The position numbers and the translations under genes are program-made. Shown here one piece after another: positions 1 through 9,949 of a DNA stretch of 64,000 nucleotides. The DNA comes from an uncultured virus (IMG/VR IMGVR_UViG_3300030294_000020). Its lineage: Duplodnaviria > Heunggongvirae > Uroviricota > Caudoviricetes. The notes below the pieces were generated by a model, which had not been told where the DNA came from, made no database searches, and saw only the letters and a list, made by a program, of their open reading frames with translations. Position 1 is the stretch's first letter. Every line of letters begins with the position of its first letter. Location: IMG/VR virus record IMGVR_UViG_3300030294_000020. One strand, given 5' to 3'.

Positions 1-14
1 TTTTTCTTTAACAT
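1..14 (-). CDS. 5' start of the next tail gene (probable tail assembly chaperone), truncated by window edge
   Basis: ATG TTA AAG AAA preceded by TTGAAAGGAG RBS, directly after the major tail gene. Confidence 0.4.
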
Positions 15-52
15 GTTAATAATCTCCTTTCAAGAGAAATTTTCAAATTTAA

Positions 53-96
53 TTAAAGGACTCAGCTACTACAGTCAAATAGGTTGAGCCCTTTAA
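53..96 (-). terminator. Hairpin downstream of major tail gene
   Basis: Imperfect inverted repeat TTAAAGGGCTCAACC / AGCTGAGTCCTTTAA on minus strand. Confidence 0.45.
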
Positions 97-218
97 AGTA
101 AGCTAATACATTAATTACTACATATAGTGTATTAGGAAGACTTCCTACCAATGCAGGTAAGCCTTTTAAAATTAATTAGTAACCTCAACTAATGTTGAAT
201 GGCCACCATTTTGAATTA

Positions 219-1175
219 TTAAGCAGTTGTGAATGTCCTAACTATAGGAGTAAGTAACTGATTGTAAATGTCAATAGTATTAAGAACTACTATCAAGTAA
301 GGTGTATCTGCTGTTAAGTTTGCAGTTGGTTTGAAGGTCAATATTTTTCCTGTAGCATCCCAAGTCTTAGTTCCTGCAATAACTACTCCAGCAGCAGATG
401 TAAGTAATACTCCATCATTAGCTATTTTATTATTGAATGTAAGAACTATACTAGATGAAGTAACTACAGTAGTAGCTGCATCAGCAGGAACACTAGTAGA
501 TAGTGCTAATTCATCTGGTACTTCTCCTGCAAAGATGGTTGCAATTTCATCTGGTAATGGCATACGAGCATTCACACCCGTTGTTCCATACAGAATTGCT
601 TCTAGTATTGCAAGGTTAGCAGATGTAACTTTTGTTGAATCAATGGTTAAAGATGCTGTTGGTTTAAAACCGGTTAATGCTACTGGGGTAGTTGTAATTT
701 CCCAAGAGAAAGTTATTGCCTCTGGAGAATCATTAACTGTCTTATACCCTTTCTCAGAAGGTGCTGCCATAGCTCCATATATTAAATGAAGTTTATATCC
801 ATGATCTGCTCCCTCTGTATCATTACCGATAGTTGTCTTATAACAAAGACCAAAAGCCTTACGATTCTGTTGACCAACAGATACTCCTGGAGTTACTAGT
901 CCTGATCCATCACATACACCAAACTCATTTGGATAAGTGTAAGCCTCAACAGTTGCACCAAATTCTTCTGCTGATACAAGACTTAAATATTTAATATCAT
1001 CTGCATATATAGGTGAAGCTTCTGCTCCAGAAGGGCTCTCTGTAACAGCTGTTAAACCATTCCATGCTACACCTACAGAATATAATCCACCTGCTTGAAG
1101 TGGATAAAGGACTGCTTGTTTTACGCCTGTTTCATAGGTTCTTTCTCCTAATTGATCCCAAACTAATTTTGACAT
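219..1175 (-). CDS. Major tail tube protein with C-terminal Ig-like domain
   Basis: N-terminal LVWDQLGERTYETGV..GVAWNGLT siphophage tube motif; C-terminal TSVPADAAT..IVLTFN..LTFKP..FTT Big-type domain; position in tail module. Confidence 0.85.
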   Translation of the reverse strand: MSKLVWDQLGERTYETGVKQAVLYPLQAGGLYSVGVAWNGLTAVTESPSGAEASPIYADDIKYLSLVSAEEFGATVEAYTYPNEFGVCDGSGLVTPGVSVGQQNRKAFGLCYKTTIGNDTEGADHGYKLHLIYGAMAAPSEKGYKTVNDSPEAITFSWEITTTPVALTGFKPTASLTIDSTKVTSANLAILEAILYGTTGVNARMPLPDEIATIFAGEVPDELALSTSVPADAATTVVTSSSIVLTFNNKIANDGVLLTSAAGVVIAGTKTWDATGKILTFKPTANLTADTPYLIVVLNTIDIYNQLLTPIVRTFTTA

Positions 1176-1194
1176 TATTATTCCTCCTTATTGT

Positions 1195-1311
1195 TTAAAT
1201 ATTTATTGTTTTCTTAAAAAAGCAAAAGCACTTTCCAAACACATTAATTTGAGTCCATGAGGTTGCTTTTCTAATACCATCTTCTTCATATTTTGTAATA
1301 TGATGTTGCAT
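1195..1311 (-). CDS. 38-aa hypothetical protein (MQHHITKYEEDGIRKATSWTQINVFGKCFCFFKKTINI)
   Basis: Hand-translated; GGAGGAG RBS; fills gap between tail terminator and tube genes. Confidence 0.6.
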   Translation of the reverse strand: MQHHITKYEEDGIRKATSWTQINVFGKCFCFFKKTINI

Positions 1312-1327
1312 AATTCACTCCTCCTTA

Positions 1328-1642
1328 TTAATAATATAATGTGAAAGCATCATGATTAAGATTATTCATAGTATAATTTTTAGTCCATCGACAATTAGGT
1401 AACAATGCAATTTTACCTATATATATACTATCTGGATCTTCATCGATTAATATTACTTCGTATGCAATTTTAATAGAATACACAGAGTCATTAGCATACG
1501 TAGTTTTAATTTGATCCCGTGAATAAACTATTGCTGGGTATTGCATATTTGTTGTAGAAGGGGGTTGGTAATATACGTTACCAGACCCTAAAAGATCTAA
1601 CAATAGTTTTTGGAGATCAAGCCTTTTTCCCATTGTAAACAT
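1328..1642 (-). CDS. Tail terminator / completion protein
   Basis: NVYYQPP..MQYPAIVY motif; position. Confidence 0.7.
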   Translation of the reverse strand: MFTMGKRLDLQKLLLDLLGSGNVYYQPPSTTNMQYPAIVYSRDQIKTTYANDSVYSIKIAYEVILIDEDPDSIYIGKIALLPNCRWTKNYTMNNLNHDAFTLYY

Positions 1643-1949
1643 CCCCCATTCCCAATATCAATCTAGGGTACTGAACCGAAACATTAAGAACTTTCCATAA
1701 AGTACCCATATATTCTATATATCTAATAGATTGAAAATTCTGATTGGCAAATGGAGTGGCTACAATACTTATTTCGTTTGACATCTTTATGTTATCATTT
1801 AATGTATTAGATGCACTAACCAAATTTCTACTATTTCTAAGAATTTCTCCCGAATAACTATGTTCAATTATTACATCTTTCCATACCCCAGATCCAACTG
1901 GAACTTCAGTATTTATTCCGTAGCCAACTTTCCCATAAAACTTTGCCAT
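1617..1949 (-). CDS. Head closure (stopper) protein
   Basis: MAKFYGKVGY..IRYIEYMGTLWKV..YPRLIL; position after capsid. Confidence 0.7.
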   Translation of the reverse strand: MAKFYGKVGYGINTEVPVGSGVWKDVIIEHSYSGEILRNSRNLVSASNTLNDNIKMSNEISIVATPFANQNFQSIRYIEYMGTLWKVLNVSVQYPRLILGMGDVYNGKKA

Positions 1950-1971
1950 TTTGAATTATTCCTCCTTAATA

Positions 1972-3798
1972 TTAAACAGTATGAAGTTTCTCAACAACTA
2001 TAGCAGAGTAAGGTTTTGTTAAAGCACCAGAGCATCTAGTTTCGATTAAGTATTTCTGTTGATTGTAGTCAATATCGAAATCATCGAACATATTGATTGC
2101 TCCACCTTTATCAGCACCAATTGTATAATCTTTAAGATTAACAATTATACCAACAAGGTCATGTTGAAGAGGTGTTGTTTCTGTACCCATACGAGATACA
2201 CCTTCCATAACTGGAACTTCTACAACTCCAGATACTCCAAGAGAAAGACAAAGTTCAGCTACGCTTGAGTAAATCTTTCTACCAGTTGTGTCTCTTACAA
2301 GCAACATTTCAATAAGGCTTGCTTGATTTGTATAGAACATAGGATTACCTGAGCCCTTATACTGAATTTTAGCCTTTAATATATCATCAACCATTTCATC
2401 AGGCTCACCACTAACAAGTACATGAGGAGCATATAAAACGTCATCAAGATAAATAGGTCTGATATTATCAGTATTAATCTTATCTGCATCAGCTTCTGAT
2501 CTACCATCACCAACTAATACTGCTCTTGCAATTTCTTCATTTAGCATTGTTCTCATCTCAGCCTTTAGCCAAACAACAACATCTAAATCTACAATATCTA
2601 CAATATCATCTCTGTCAAGCTTCTGTTTCTTGTAGATAGTTTGTGGAGAGGTTGTTCTTTTAAGAAGTTTAATAACTTCATCTTTCTTTAAACCACCTTT
2701 GATATAACCTTTAGCTCTTGCTTCATCAGCTGTAAGATCTACTGCTGTTGATTTGATTCTGCTAAAAGGAGTATGATTTGAAGCTGCTAAAACTGCTTCT
2801 ACCCAAACATCATCTCTCTTAATTACTTCAGGTACACCATTAACAACCCTTGCATCTGGGAATAAGAAATCTATATTCTCTACACCATAAGTTACTGCAT
2901 GAGCAAGAAATGATTCTTTTAAACTACCAGACTTTTTAGCATCAGTAAATATTGCATTTACCTCTGAATGGCTAAGAGTCACCTTTTCATCCTTGTTTTC
3001 TGTAGCTTTGTCAAATACGTTGTTTTTCATTATTTTTCCTCCTTCAGAATGTACGACAACTTTCTTGCCGTCATTAGTTTTTATTGGTTCTGTTTTAGCT
3101 GGTTCTGTTTTTGGAGTAGTTTCAGGTGTAGGAGTCTCTTCTAAAGCATCAGCAATCATAGCATAAACTACATTTTTCTGTTCATCATTAAGAGTATCAA
3201 ATACATCTTGTACTGTTTTCTCAGCCTCTGGTACAGTTACTTCTGGAACAGTTTTAGTTTCTGAGTGTTCTATTTCCTCTTCATCTAATATGGAATCTGA
3301 ATGTTCTATTTCTGTTGGGTCAAGGAAATCACCAGAATATATGATAACTTCATCTGCTATTGGTTCTACAGAATCTCCATGTTGGATACTAATATTATCA
3401 ATAAATGCTTCAGGATTTGCTCCAGCCATTACTAGACTTACTTCTCTTATAGCACCATGCAATACACTAGCTCCTTGTTGCTTTAATTTATTTGCATAGA
3501 TTGATAAAGAAGTAAGGTCCCCATGTTGAACTGCCATTTTGGTATTTTTACCAGCTTCAGTATCATTGAATGAGCAATAACAATATACACCATCTTCTCT
3601 ATTTTCAAGAAGAGCATGCCCTAATATATTAGTAGGGTTGTCATGTATATGCTGCCAAACCAATGGTACTATTGTCCCATTATTTTCTAAAAATGCATCT
3701 TTACGAATAACTCGTCCATCTGTGCAAGGTACATCATTCTTAGTGGCATATCCACTAAAGTCAAACTTTTTATTTGCCATTTTAATTTCCTCCTTCAT
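1972..3798 (-). CDS. Prohead protease - scaffold - major capsid protein fusion (HK97 fold); start probably 3780
   Basis: FSGYAT..LVWQH..LSI..EVSLV..GANP HK97 protease motifs, acidic linker, C-terminal capsid-like region. Confidence 0.85.
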   Translation of the reverse strand: MKEEIKMANKKFDFSGYATKNDVPCTDGRVIRKDAFLENNGTIVPLVWQHIHDNPTNILGHALLENREDGVYCYCSFNDTEAGKNTKMAVQHGDLTSLSIYANKLKQQGASVLHGAIREVSLVMAGANPEAFIDNISIQHGDSVEPIADEVIIYSGDFLDPTEIEHSDSILDEEEIEHSETKTVPEVTVPEAEKTVQDVFDTLNDEQKNVVYAMIADALEETPTPETTPKTEPAKTEPIKTNDGKKVVVHSEGGKIMKNNVFDKATENKDEKVTLSHSEVNAIFTDAKKSGSLKESFLAHAVTYGVENIDFLFPDARVVNGVPEVIKRDDVWVEAVLAASNHTPFSRIKSTAVDLTADEARAKGYIKGGLKKDEVIKLLKRTTSPQTIYKKQKLDRDDIVDIVDLDVVVWLKAEMRTMLNEEIARAVLVGDGRSEADADKINTDNIRPIYLDDVLYAPHVLVSGEPDEMVDDILKAKIQYKGSGNPMFYTNQASLIEMLLVRDTTGRKIYSSVAELCLSLGVSGVVEVPVMEGVSRMGTETTPLQHDLVGIIVNLKDYTIGADKGGAINMFDDFDIDYNQQKYLIETRCSGALTKPYSAIVVEKLHTV

Positions 3799-3808
3799 TA
3801 TTAACTAG

Positions 3809-4624
3809 TTAAGATTTTTTATTCGCTGCCATTTCAGCAGGGGTATAATAGATAATTCCTGAGTCACTAGTCTTAGCAGCTTTAGGGGTTTTGGCCTTAG
3901 CTGCAGTCTTAGTTTTAGCCTTAGCTGGAGTTTTAACCTTAGGGGCATTTCCTGCAACGGTATTAAGTACGTTCCTATATTCTTTAGCATATATAGTTTC
4001 ATACTTAGAATCAAGGGTTTCTTTTGCTTTAGCATAGTCATCCTTGGCTTTTGTAATTACTGATTTTAAATCAGTTCTGGCCTTATCTCTTTCATCAGAA
4101 GCAGAGTTGCTACCATTTTGTCTTGATGTTGTGGCATCAGTTGTTACATTACTTCTATCAGAACTAGCAGTATCACGTATGTCGGCTATCTCTTTCTTTC
4201 TTTTCTCCAAGAGTCTAGCTCGTTCTTCACCAGTTACCCCATCAGGTATTGGTTCGACATTCGCAATGTCAGATTTAACTTTGTTTGCTATGCTAGTTCG
4301 TTCAGCCTTAGAATCACTTGCAATCTTTTCAGCTAATGCTTTTAGTTTTTCAGTAATTCTAGCGCGAGTTGCATCGGCTTCTTGTTGGAACGCTTCAATC
4401 TTTTGGTCATTAGCAACCTTATTGGCATCAACAGATTGTTTCTTATCTGAATCTACACGAGATTTAGAATAGTCCCATGCTTCTTTTTGTAGTTGACTCA
4501 TACCAGAAGTTGTTCGTCCTTTAAGATCTCTATTCTTAAGATAATATTCATGGGCTTTTACTGGATCATATGGTTGTTCTACATAATGCTGTAAGAACTC
4601 TCCAATCTTATCCATTTTTCCCAC
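3809..4624 (-). CDS. Coiled-coil putative head/internal virion protein
   Basis: FLQHY..YDPVKAHEYY N-terminus, long charged helices, located between portal and capsid. Confidence 0.5.
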   Translation of the reverse strand: MGKMDKIGEFLQHYVEQPYDPVKAHEYYLKNRDLKGRTTSGMSQLQKEAWDYSKSRVDSDKKQSVDANKVANDQKIEAFQQEADATRARITEKLKALAEKIASDSKAERTSIANKVKSDIANVEPIPDGVTGEERARLLEKRKKEIADIRDTASSDRSNVTTDATTSRQNGSNSASDERDKARTDLKSVITKAKDDYAKAKETLDSKYETIYAKEYRNVLNTVAGNAPKVKTPAKAKTKTAAKAKTPKAAKTSDSGIIYYTPAEMAANKKS

Positions 4625-5963
4625 CGCCTAAGATTTCATCAATATCTGCTTCTACACCATTAAGTAAGTCTTGTAGTATTGTTCCTTGTGCATCAGTAAC
4701 AGCTGATAATGAATCCATTGTTACTGGGGCTTGATCGGTTGACTGTACTTGTGTTGGATCAGCAGTACCATTTTGATTTAATTGAGCATTAGGATTGGTT
4801 ACATTCTTATTACGTAACTCATCAGCTTTAGGATCTGCAGAAGGTTTATAACCAATGATTCCTCTGAACTCATTAGAAGACAGAATCTCATTACGTGTGA
4901 GTTTGTCTGCTATATTAGCTAACTCAGTAACAGGAACAAGTCTGAATGGATCTGAGAAGTACATGATACTCTGTTTCTGAGATCGAGCAGTTTTGGTTAA
5001 GAATTTACGTATCATTTCATCTGTTATTGAAGATAAGATTGGCCCAATAGTTCTATTAAAGTAATTAAGCATTGTCTTTGCATCGGCAGTTCCATCAAAA
5101 ACACTCTCAGTCAATCCTAACTGGTTATATAACATACTCGTTAGATATGTGATCTGAGCCATTAAGTTATTCTCGGTTGGTCTGTTTAACTGAGTAATCT
5201 TTTCAGTTCCATCAGTATAAGCAATACCATACTTTGACCCACTTAGTTGCATCTCTATGTCTTTTTTTCGAGTTTCTGCTTGTACACGACGAGCTTCAGT
5301 TCTTATTGTATATGGTAACTGAATAATTAAATCCAATTTACCAGATCCACTTTGTTCATCAATCGTATCTAATAGATTTAACTTTCTAATTAAACGTTTT
5401 AAGGTTGAATTAGGTTCATTCATAACTGCATATAAAGGATTTTCGATAATGGCAACTGACTTTTTATCAATAGTAATGTTTTCTTTATAACCAGTTTTTT
5501 GATTATAAAGTTCAACTTTTACCATTTCCGGATACCATTCAACAATTCTTCCAGCTCTTAAAGTTTGTATTTCATACGCATCAGTCACAGTTGGATCATA
5601 TGTAGTATCTACTGGAACTATTGCAACACAACCTTCATCAAACATAGACATCACTATATCTTGAATTAAAGCTCTTCCTGTTTGATCAATATTTGCTTCA
5701 ATTGTTAATGCCTCATTAAGTGATGAATCAATGTCCGCTAAATATCTTTTATTATCATCTAGTCTGACATGAGATATGGTAACAGACGCTACATCTATTG
5801 CTATTCTATTATACAAGGAAGATACTATTGACTGACTAGTACTAGAAGATAATCTAGTTTTATCAGGTCTTACATAATAACCTGGACCATTTCCTTGAAA
5901 GCTAGTTGGATCTTTATTAGTGAAAGCATTCCAAGCATGTTGTAGTCTATTATTAAAATTCAT
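4608..5963 (-). CDS. Portal protein (HK97-like)
   Basis: YNRIAIDVA, EANIDQTG, ILSSNEFRGIIGY motifs; size and position after TerL. Confidence 0.9.
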   Translation of the reverse strand: MNFNNRLQHAWNAFTNKDPTSFQGNGPGYYVRPDKTRLSSSTSQSIVSSLYNRIAIDVASVTISHVRLDDNKRYLADIDSSLNEALTIEANIDQTGRALIQDIVMSMFDEGCVAIVPVDTTYDPTVTDAYEIQTLRAGRIVEWYPEMVKVELYNQKTGYKENITIDKKSVAIIENPLYAVMNEPNSTLKRLIRKLNLLDTIDEQSGSGKLDLIIQLPYTIRTEARRVQAETRKKDIEMQLSGSKYGIAYTDGTEKITQLNRPTENNLMAQITYLTSMLYNQLGLTESVFDGTADAKTMLNYFNRTIGPILSSITDEMIRKFLTKTARSQKQSIMYFSDPFRLVPVTELANIADKLTRNEILSSNEFRGIIGYKPSADPKADELRNKNVTNPNAQLNQNGTADPTQVQSTDQAPVTMDSLSAVTDAQGTILQDLLNGVEADIDEILGGGKNG

Positions 5964-6039
5964 TTATTATTCTCCTTTTTAGGTTCTATTAGTCACCTTT
6001 TACATAGTGACTCACCTCCTTAATTAGACATTTTATTTG

Positions 6040-6471
6040 TTATTCACCAAACGCATTATTAACTATAGTTTTTCCAGTACTAAGTTCTTTCGCAGTTATA
6101 CTAGATGTTTTACTTGCTAATCTCTTAACAAAAGCAGCATCTTTGTAAATCGTTTGCTTGTATTTAGCAGATCTAACTTCAAGTTTTGCATTCTTTTTGG
6201 ATAAACTTTTTATTCTTTTAACTGTTCTTTTAGCCTTAGCCATCCCTCTATCAGTAAGTTCAAATGATAGATTTTTCATTTGAAAATCATTTAATCTACT
6301 CTGATTTATAGCCGTCTTACGACTAATTTTAGCGGATTTTACATCAATTCCAACTATTTTCTTATTAAGAGTTTCTGCTTTTTTAACTAAATGTTGCGGA
6401 TTTCGACTACGACCCCAACGCATACCCATAATTCCAATATGTGCTAGATAGTCATCTTCCTGAACTACCAT
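6040..6471 (-). CDS. Basic small virion protein with LxHxGxxGMxWG N-terminus
   Basis: YLAHIGIMGMRWG; Lys-rich. Confidence 0.6.
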   Translation of the reverse strand: MVVQEDDYLAHIGIMGMRWGRSRNPQHLVKKAETLNKKIVGIDVKSAKISRKTAINQSRLNDFQMKNLSFELTDRGMAKAKRTVKRIKSLSKKNAKLEVRSAKYKQTIYKDAAFVKRLASKTSSITAKELSTGKTIVNNAFGE

Positions 6472-6485
6472 TAATAAAAACCTCC

Positions 6486-8234
6486 TTATTCAAAAGAGTC
6501 TTTGTTTGCTTTATAAGCTACATAAGCATCTAGTAAAGCAGCAACGTTATCTATCTTTTCATCATAACGTTTTTTATATAGTTTTCTATTACCATTTGTG
6601 TCTTCAAGAGTTATACAGTTACCCATTGCAAAGGACATTAAATCTTGATCAAATAAAAGCATTCTCTCTTCGGATAATATCTTAAGTTCACCAAGAGGTA
6701 CCGATTCTGTTCGAGCTCCCTGAATAACTTTCTCAATTCCAAATGGACCATTCTCTTGTTCCCATCTAGTTACAAATTCTTTTGCATTATAAGGATCAAA
6801 GCCAAATGTTACAACATCAAACCTTGAAGTGGCAATGTATTGCTCTAGATCCTCATACACTTCCATCATATCAAGAACTTTACTGTCATCCATTATGATT
6901 AGACTACACTCATCAATAAACTCTTGATATTTATTTCTCATAGCACCAGGAAGTTTTCTTAATGTTAAACCAGTGATATAACTTCTTGTCTTAATTCCAA
7001 ATCTACCACGAGGTAGTGGGAATAAAAATGTAAAGGCACAGAAATCATCACCTTGAGATAAATCGGCTCCCATAGAACAAGCCATGTTCCAGAAATCTTT
7101 TTGAGTATGAGGACGTGTTTCTTCATATGTAAAGAAGTATGTATAACCTTCTTGTGGTATTCCGAAACGCTTTGCTAAAATATCATTCTTTGAAGCTGGA
7201 GCATTCTCTGCTCTTTCTACGTCACGTTGATACGTCTCATAAGTAACAGTCTTATCAAGATTTGGATTTGCTTTTAACCACATAGATGGATCACTAACTT
7301 CTTGTATGTCATCCAATTTATAATACCAGATAGATACATGAGGATTAACATAATCGCCTCTTAGTATATCTAGTAACTCCATTTTAATTGTATCTCCACT
7401 GCCATTACGAACAGTTCCTTCTGAACTCATAGCAATAATAAGATAATCATCTAACTTAGATGCACCTTGTTCAATTGCACCTATAACATCTTCTCTTATA
7501 TCACAAGAAAGCCATTCATCCACAGTAGAGATTTTAGGTCTTAGTCCTTGAAGTTTAGCAATAGCCATTGGACGTATTTCAAGTATTGAACCAGTTAAGA
7601 AATTCTGAATACCTTTTTTAGTAGGTGCAAGTTTTATTCTATTGGATTTTGAGCCAGTTGTATTTTGCATAGAACCTTCAGTTAAGAATTGGAATAGAGG
7701 TCCTTTAGCTCTTGTTATGGCTGTTCGTATAGGGGACATTACTTCTTCAGATTGTTTCATCGTCGGAGCCGTAGTTATCTGACTCGTAGTCGTTGTATCA
7801 ACATTTAGAAAGTAATTCTGAATACACGAAGCATACATAGATTTGGCTGCACCTCTGGCAACAATTAAAAATTGTTTATTTACTAACCGCTTCTTAATAT
7901 TTTTACGGACATAATGTCCACTATGATTGTCTTCATCTGGAACATAAATACTTTTCTCAACAAAGTGAAACCAACAGAATATTTGTTCTGCCCATAATTT
8001 AAAACTGTCAAGCAAGTGTAAATCTGAACCATCCGTTAATGTTAATTCTTGTTCACAATAATCTATAAAGCCTTCAACAGCTTGATCATCATAATATACT
8101 CCTGGATTATCTATTAGATCATCTATTCGATTCATCTCCATAGATACTTCTTTACAAACTGGCATAGTTCCTCTTAATACTGCATCCTTAAATTTCCCGT
8201 AATACTTTGGTGTCGCTTTATTATCTAAAGACAT
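6486..8234 (-). CDS. terL: Terminase large subunit
   Basis: Walker A-like VARGAAKS, Walker B STVDE, coupling SSEG, nuclease GADLS..DDF and KIDNVAALLD. Confidence 0.92.
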   Translation of the reverse strand: MSLDNKATPKYYGKFKDAVLRGTMPVCKEVSMEMNRIDDLIDNPGVYYDDQAVEGFIDYCEQELTLTDGSDLHLLDSFKLWAEQIFCWFHFVEKSIYVPDEDNHSGHYVRKNIKKRLVNKQFLIVARGAAKSMYASCIQNYFLNVDTTTTSQITTAPTMKQSEEVMSPIRTAITRAKGPLFQFLTEGSMQNTTGSKSNRIKLAPTKKGIQNFLTGSILEIRPMAIAKLQGLRPKISTVDEWLSCDIREDVIGAIEQGASKLDDYLIIAMSSEGTVRNGSGDTIKMELLDILRGDYVNPHVSIWYYKLDDIQEVSDPSMWLKANPNLDKTVTYETYQRDVERAENAPASKNDILAKRFGIPQEGYTYFFTYEETRPHTQKDFWNMACSMGADLSQGDDFCAFTFLFPLPRGRFGIKTRSYITGLTLRKLPGAMRNKYQEFIDECSLIIMDDSKVLDMMEVYEDLEQYIATSRFDVVTFGFDPYNAKEFVTRWEQENGPFGIEKVIQGARTESVPLGELKILSEERMLLFDQDLMSFAMGNCITLEDTNGNRKLYKKRYDEKIDNVAALLDAYVAYKANKDSFE

Positions 8235-8370
8235 ATTTTAGTGTCCTGGAAGTAATGATTGTGGGGGAGTATAAGGTCTAGTTGTGCCATATCTAGTACC
8301 ACTAGTATTTGAATTAGCCCCAGTATTAGAGGTTTGATTAGTCCTGTTATTAGAATTTGTATTATCCGCA

Positions 8371-8778
8371 TTAGGGAGGAACCGGAGCATCTGGGGCTTT
8401 TCCATTCATTAATTTTTCAACATTCTTACCCATCATTTTTGTTAAATATGTGGTTGCCGTTGTTTTAAAAGCATTTGTAAGAATGTCTGTAACCATTTTT
8501 CGTCCAGGCGATATTTTCTTCTTTGTTAATGTTGCATACTTCTGTTCCATTTCTATTCTATTTATTCTACTTTTAAGTTGAGCATCAGTTAGTCTTGGAC
8601 CAGTAGAAGTAGTGCTTGTCTTTTTCTCAGGTTTAACAAAAGGCTTAGCTATCTTTTTACCTGATTTTGCAACCTGTTGTTTTGCCGCTGTATTATCTTT
8701 AGGACTCCATCCCGATGCTTTCTTATGACCCCAATGCATTCCTATAACCCCTGTATGTGCTAATGTATCATTCTCCAT
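8371..8778 (-). CDS. Small virion protein with LxHxGxxGMxWG N-terminus; possible +1 extension to 8238
   Basis: TLAHTGVIGMHWG, LTDAQLKSRINRIEMEQKY; ends CCC TAA. Confidence 0.65.
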   Translation of the reverse strand: MENDTLAHTGVIGMHWGHKKASGWSPKDNTAAKQQVAKSGKKIAKPFVKPEKKTSTTSTGPRLTDAQLKSRINRIEMEQKYATLTKKKISPGRKMVTDILTNAFKTTATTYLTKMMGKNVEKLMNGKAPDAPVPP

Positions 8779-9142
8779 AATATATTACCTCCTCTACTAT
8801 TGGTTTTGGATCTACCGTTACCATTATTCTCCATTCAAGTTCTACTATTTGAGCTTTGATTACATCAATATTTGCATTGCTTAATGGTGGATCAAATAGT
8901 AATTTAACTTTTAAATAAATATATGATTTTATCGAGTTAAGATCCATGTTATCTTTTATATATTCATCCCAATTTTGGAGCTTGTCCTCAATTTCAAAAG
9001 GTAAGTCTGGGTTAACTCCTATTTGTTTTAGAACAAAGAATACTGTATTAATGTGTAATATAATATCTGAGTCAAAATTAATATCTTCTTCTTGTATACC
9101 TAATAAACTTTTTATTGAGGTCAGTATACTAGTACTAGCCAT
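8768..9142 (-). CDS. Head-tail connector protein
   Basis: SILTSIKSLLGI..FDSDIILHIN..VKLLFDPP..ELEWR. Confidence 0.7.
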   Translation of the reverse strand: MASTSILTSIKSLLGIQEEDINFDSDIILHINTVFFVLKQIGVNPDLPFEIEDKLQNWDEYIKDNMDLNSIKSYIYLKVKLLFDPPLSNANIDVIKAQIVELEWRIMVTVDPKPIVEEVIYYGE

Positions 9143-9163
9143 TTTACTTAGCCTCCTTTTTAA

Positions 9164-9595
9164 TTACTTCCAAGGACAAGTATCATTCCTTGTTCTTTCT
9201 ATTGGTTTGATATCTAATTTACTAATGTCACCATAGTGAATAGCATTATGTGTATTTAATTTTGTAGTTATTAAATTTTCTGGGTCAAATATTATTGATC
9301 TTCTTTCTATAACATCATCATAAGTTATTGGTATTATGTGATGGCATAACATTGGTCCATAAATTTCAAAGTCTGGTCCGCAAGCTAAGTCACATCCATT
9401 ATCTCTAAGAATAATAGTTCTTCTAAATCCTCGCCATTCGCCAGAAGTATATAGAACTTGATTAACCCATCTTGTAAATCCAAAAGTATCTTTTCCAACT
9501 ACACCATTTAATTTTAAATATTCAAATCGTTCTTCAAAGGTTGAGAGTTTAATTAAATCTGAATAATTTTTATTCTTCTTCATCTGAATCACCAT
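9164..9595 (-). CDS. HNH endonuclease (packaging-associated)
   Basis: RDNGCDLAC..HHIIP..NLIT..HNAIH; adjacent to TerS. Confidence 0.8.
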   Translation of the reverse strand: MVIQMKKNKNYSDLIKLSTFEERFEYLKLNGVVGKDTFGFTRWVNQVLYTSGEWRGFRRTIILRDNGCDLACGPDFEIYGPMLCHHIIPITYDDVIERRSIIFDPENLITTKLNTHNAIHYGDISKLDIKPIERTRNDTCPWK

Positions 9596-9887
9596 TACCT
9601 GAATAACGTTTCATAGCATTGATAGCATTCTTATAAAGTTCTTCAACATTCTTTTCAGATTCAAGAGCTTTAGTTTTTGCAGTTAGTAATTTTTTCTGTT
9701 CAACTAAAATTTCTTTCTCAAGTTGATCTTTTGTAGAACCAAGTTTTAAATAATGGGTTATAACTTGTGATGATGCAGTACCATCACGTAATTGTTTCTC
9801 CGCAAGATCAGTAGCATACGAAACCATTTGATTTTCTCTGAACTGAGGAGTTGTGGCTGGTTGACGTTTTCTGATAGGGTTTGTCAT
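9570..9887 (-). CDS. Probable terminase small subunit
   Basis: Small helical protein (AEKQLRDGTASSQVITHYLKLGS), first gene of packaging module. Confidence 0.55.
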   Translation of the reverse strand: MTNPIRKRQPATTPQFRENQMVSYATDLAEKQLRDGTASSQVITHYLKLGSTKDQLEKEILVEQKKLLTAKTKALESEKNVEELYKNAINAMKRYSGNGDSDEEE

Positions 9888-9949
9888 TGTGCATCACCTC
9901 CAAATCATAGTTAGATTGTGTATAGTTTTAATGTGTTTGTTAGTACTTT

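Noticed and set aside
219..560. Frameshift-appended Ig domain on tail tube protein
   Set aside because: The domain is already in frame with no intervening stop
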